NCBI GenBank assembly: GCA_013416795.1
Contig: RQSC01000027.1
Coordinates: 124,001 to 188,000 of the forward strand
Direction of reading: 5' to 3'
From: Prasinococcaceae sp. CCMP 1430
Lineage: Eukaryota > Plantae > Prasinodermophyta
Length of the DNA: 64,000 bases
The first letter of the stretch is position 1; every line of letters starts with the position of its first letter. Positions 60,800-64,000 of the stretch are shown in pieces. The notes below the pieces were generated by a model. The model was not told the DNA's origin, ran no database searches, and saw only the letters and a program-made list of their open reading frames with translations. The translations under genes and the position numbers were made by a program.

Positions 60800-62108
60800 T
60801 CAAGCCTTGCAGCCACACCCGCCGTCCACCACTGGCTGGAGCAGGCGTTCCAGCAGCGCGACCCTCTCTTCGAGCGAGCGCACCGGCGCGCCCTCGAGCT
60901 GGACGATCTTCGACGCGAGCCACCTAAGATTGCCCGACAGCACTGCAAGGCCCACTGGTCGCCGCCGTGCGGGGTAGGGCGGCGTCAGAGCGGATGCACA
61001 GCGCGCGGGCGAGCATCTACGGTCCGTGTGCGCGTTCGCGAGTAGCACGCACGACAACACGAGCCGGTGCTCTCGGAACGAGGGCACTGCGGGACGGACG
61101 GTCAGGCAGGCAGCGCACGGCCATTGCGCCCGCACCGTCGAAGAAGAAGACGCCCTCGAAGCATAGCACGTCCTCGGCTCCCTCGACCGCCTCGCGCTCC
61201 GCGAATCGCGCCGGCATCTCGCTCCAGTGGCAGCGCGAGTCAGCGTGATGGACCACGTGGTAGCCATCGTTGAACGTCCACGCATTGTCTGCAGCGGCCA
61301 GGCAATTGTACGCGTGGCCTCGTGCGGCATGCGGCCGGCGCGCATCGACGAAGATGTGCTGCGAGTAGTTCCCGAACGACAGTGCGACCAGGGCGACGCA
61401 CGCCGGCACAACGAAGACCCAAAGTGCGGCGAACGCGTTGACGTGCGTCCACAACGCGCGCACGCCCAGGATGTAGAGCAGCGTGCCGGCGACGCATGTC
61501 GCTGCCTCTGCCGGCCGGTCCGCCTTCAGCATCGCGGCCGGCAGCTCGACGTAGGTACACGCGAACCGCAGCAGGTACACCAGGTAGCTACAGACTGAGC
61601 CTCGGTAGTAGCGCTCTGTCGAAGAGGCGTCGGCGAGCCACGAATTGGCCGCCACGTGGTGCATCGCGCAGTGGTGTGCGGCGTAGAGGCCCGGCGGCAG
61701 ACCGAAGAGGGGCGGTAGCAGATAGTGCGTGTAGAAGCGCAGAGGGGCAATCGCGAACGCGGGTCGATGGGTGGAGTAGTGCAGCATGAGAAGGTATCGC
61801 GGAAAGACGATGGCCACGAGGGGCACGACGTACGCGACGCCGATCGCATGTCTTTGCGGCAGCTGGCGCGCGAAGAGGGCGAAGGCGAAAGGCACTACGG
61901 TGAGCGAAACCGTGGCGACGAGCTGCGCCATCGGCGCGTCCCGCGAGTCTTTCACGAGCGCGCGCGCCCACGAGCGTGGGAGGGGCCGGAGAGGGGCCTC
62001 GCGGCGCGTAGCGCAATCTCGCGCGGCGAGGCGCGCCGCAAGGCTCATCTCCTCGCACCGGACGCCGCGCTTCGCATACCCCTCCCTCGCCTCGGCAGGC
62101 GGCGCCAT
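60800..62108 (-). CDS. Membrane fatty acid desaturase-superfamily di-iron enzyme, 2 exons
   Basis: His boxes LHYSTH, HHCAMHH and NDGYHVVHH, plus NYSQH and several TM segments. Intron 61135-60955 joins FFD|VGLAVLSG in frame. Confidence 0.82.
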
Positions 62109-62254
62109 CGAGCGCCCGCTGGAGCAGGGACGGACCGCGCCTCCGCCCCGATCGGCGGCGGCGGCAGCGGAAGAGCCCCCCCCAGGGTGCTGGGCGCAGC
62201 GGCCGAGCGGCCGGCGGCGGTGCGCCTCGCTCGGGGCCGCGGAGGACAGCCGGT

Positions 62255-62400
62255 NNNNNNNNNNNNNNNNNNNNNNNNNNNNNNNNNNNNNNNNNNNNNN
62301 NNNNNNNNNNNNNNNNNNNNNNNNNNNNNNNNNNNNNNNNNNNNNNNNNNNNNNNNNNNNNNNNNNNNNNNNNNNNNNNNNNNNNNNNNNNNNNNNNNNN
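62255..62400. other. Assembly gap (146 N)
   Basis: Run of N covering the AGM1 5' end. Confidence 1.
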
Positions 62401-63914
62401 GCCCCGCGGCGACGCTGCCTGCGGCGACGGCGCGCTGCGGGGCGCTCGCGGCGCTGCGCTCGGCGGAGCGAGGTGGCGCGGCGACGGGACTCATGGTGAC
62501 GGCGAGTCACAATCCGGTGGGCGACAACGGCGTGAAACTGGCCGACCCAGGTGGCGAGATGCTCGCGCAGGCCTGGGAGCCGCTTGCCACGGAGCTCGCC
62601 GGAGCGGCGGACGCCGGCGCTGTCGAGGCGTCGCTGCGTTCGGTTCCCACGTGCGCCGCCACAGTGGCCGACAACGGCGGGCTGGTGCTTGTCGGTCGCG
62701 ACACGCGGCCCAGCGGCGAGGCGCTGGTGGCGGGTGCTCTCAAGGGCATCGCCGCCGTCGGCGGCACGGCTCGGGATTGCGGGGTGGTGACCACGCCGCA
62801 GCTACACTGGTTCGTGCGCGAGCACAACGCCGGACGCGGGGCGACAGAGGCCGCGTACTACGAGGCCCTCGCCGGCGCATTTAAGGCGATCGCTCCCGCT
62901 GCCTCGGCTGGTGTACCGCCGCTCCTGGTGGATGCTGCCAACGGCGTTGGATCCGTGGCGCTCGACGGGCTGGGCGTGCGGCTCGGCGGCGCGCTTGCCT
63001 TCGAGGCGCGCAACACAGGCTGCGGCGTCCTGAACGAGCGCTGCGGCGCCGACTTCGTGCAGAAGGAGCGCTCGTGGCCAGAGTCGTTCTGCGCCGCGGA
63101 GGACGCCGGCAGGGCGATCGCGTCTGTGGATGGCGACGCCGACCGACTCGTGTACATATGGGCACCAGCTGGCGGAAACGTCCGGCTACTTGACGGCGAC
63201 AAGATCGCCGCGCTTGCCGCGCGGCACCTGGGGGCACTTATCAACGACGCACTGGGCTCGGGCGCGGCGCGTGTGGGCGTCGTCCAGACGGCGTACGCCA
63301 ACGGCGCCTCGACCGACTATATTAGAAATAAGCTGGGCGTTGATGTTGCCGTGGCCAAGACGGGCGTCAAACACCTGCACCCAGCCGCCGAGCGCTTCGA
63401 CGTGGGAATCTACTTCGAGGCCAATGGCCACGGCACGGTGCTGTTCAGCGACGCAGTGGTCACCGCAGCGCAGGCCAGGTTGGCCGATCCAACGACCGCC
63501 GCCGTCTCGGCGTCGGCCTGCAAGCGTCTGCTCGCATTCGTGCAGATGATCAACCAGGCGGTGGGCGATGCAATGTCAGGCATTCTAATGGTCGAGGCCA
63601 TGCTGCGACTCGAGGGCATGAGCATGGCCGACTGGGACGCGCTGTACGCGGATTTGCCCAGCAGGCAGGTCAAGGTAGTGGTGGCCAACAAGGACGACGT
63701 GCGCACGGAAAACGCGGAGACGCTGTGCGTTGCACCCGCGGCGCTGCAGCCCCTCGTGGACGCAGCGGTGGCCAAGGTGGACGCGGGGCGCAGCTTTGTG
63801 CGGCCATCGGGCACAGAGGACATTGTCCGCGTATACGCCGAGGCGCGCACGCAGGAGCAGGCCGACGCGCTGGCAGAGGAAGTCGCGCAAGCGGTCAAGG
63901 CCACGTGCGCGTGA
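62401..63914 (+). CDS. AGM1: Phosphoacetylglucosamine mutase (AGM1/PGM3), 5' end in gap
   Basis: MVTASHNP..DNGVK (phospho-Ser), GRDTRPSG, DGDADR (metal loop), TAYANG, GVKHLH, YFEANGHGT, NQAVGDA and FVRPSGTED.VRVYAEA. Confidence 0.95.
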
Positions 63915-64000
63915 GCGTATTAGATATGCTTACATGTCCCGCGGAGGTAGCGACTACTATACGATGGTGTACACACATTGCCCGGGCGCTCGCAGCGGCC

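Noticed and set aside
4003-61135. Introns sharing GTGCG starts, as possible Introner-type mobile introns
   Set aside because: Comparing introns by eye (27113-27245, 45887-45959, 49224-49329 and others) shows only the donor, the CTGAC branch motif and the acceptor in common, with no family-level body similarity.
1-64000. tRNA, rRNA or snoRNA genes
   Set aside because: I recognised no cloverleaf or rRNA-like segment by eye. Small ncRNAs in introns or gaps cannot be excluded without a covariance-model search.

Overview
This is eukaryotic, very GC-rich (roughly 70% by eye) nuclear DNA from a green alga. The evidence is spliceosomal GT-AG introns with a GTGCG donor and CTGAC-type branch point, plus plastid-targeted green-lineage genes (BCCP, HHL1, FLAP1, APX-R). 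A compact, early-diverging prasinophyte-grade genome such as Prasinoderma is a plausible but unverified source. I support about 28 protein-coding genes, mostly intron-poor and mostly on alternating strands. In order they are: partial SDR, LON-N-domain protein, WDR53-like WD40, MYND+CS protein, GT77-like glycosyltransferase, bacterial-type amidinotransferase, ULP1 SUMO protease, BCCP, HHL1, PGAP1, a conserved hypothetical, B12D, FLAP1, DusA-like, mitochondrial carrier, tandem-BRCT, GNAT, GRAM-domain, a large ankyrin protein, importin alpha, SEC-type O-GlcNAc transferase, a sulfotransferase-fold protein, APX-R, a fused MtnA-MtnK enzyme, ATR kinase, a small membrane ORF, a desaturase-like protein and phosphoacetylglucosamine mutase. 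Five N gaps hide several 5' ends. I found no RNA genes, CRISPR arrays or recognisable transposons, and no clear novel multi-gene system. The best leads are the MtnA-MtnK fusion with an altered kinase glycine loop, an ankyrin protein with an unassigned domain and FG/Q-rich tail, a SEC-type OGT in a green alga, an amidinotransferase with an extra N-terminal domain, a Cys-substituted sulfotransferase fold, and a recurrent TGTAC(A) element in the short gaps between convergent genes. All family calls come from motif recognition by eye, without database searches.
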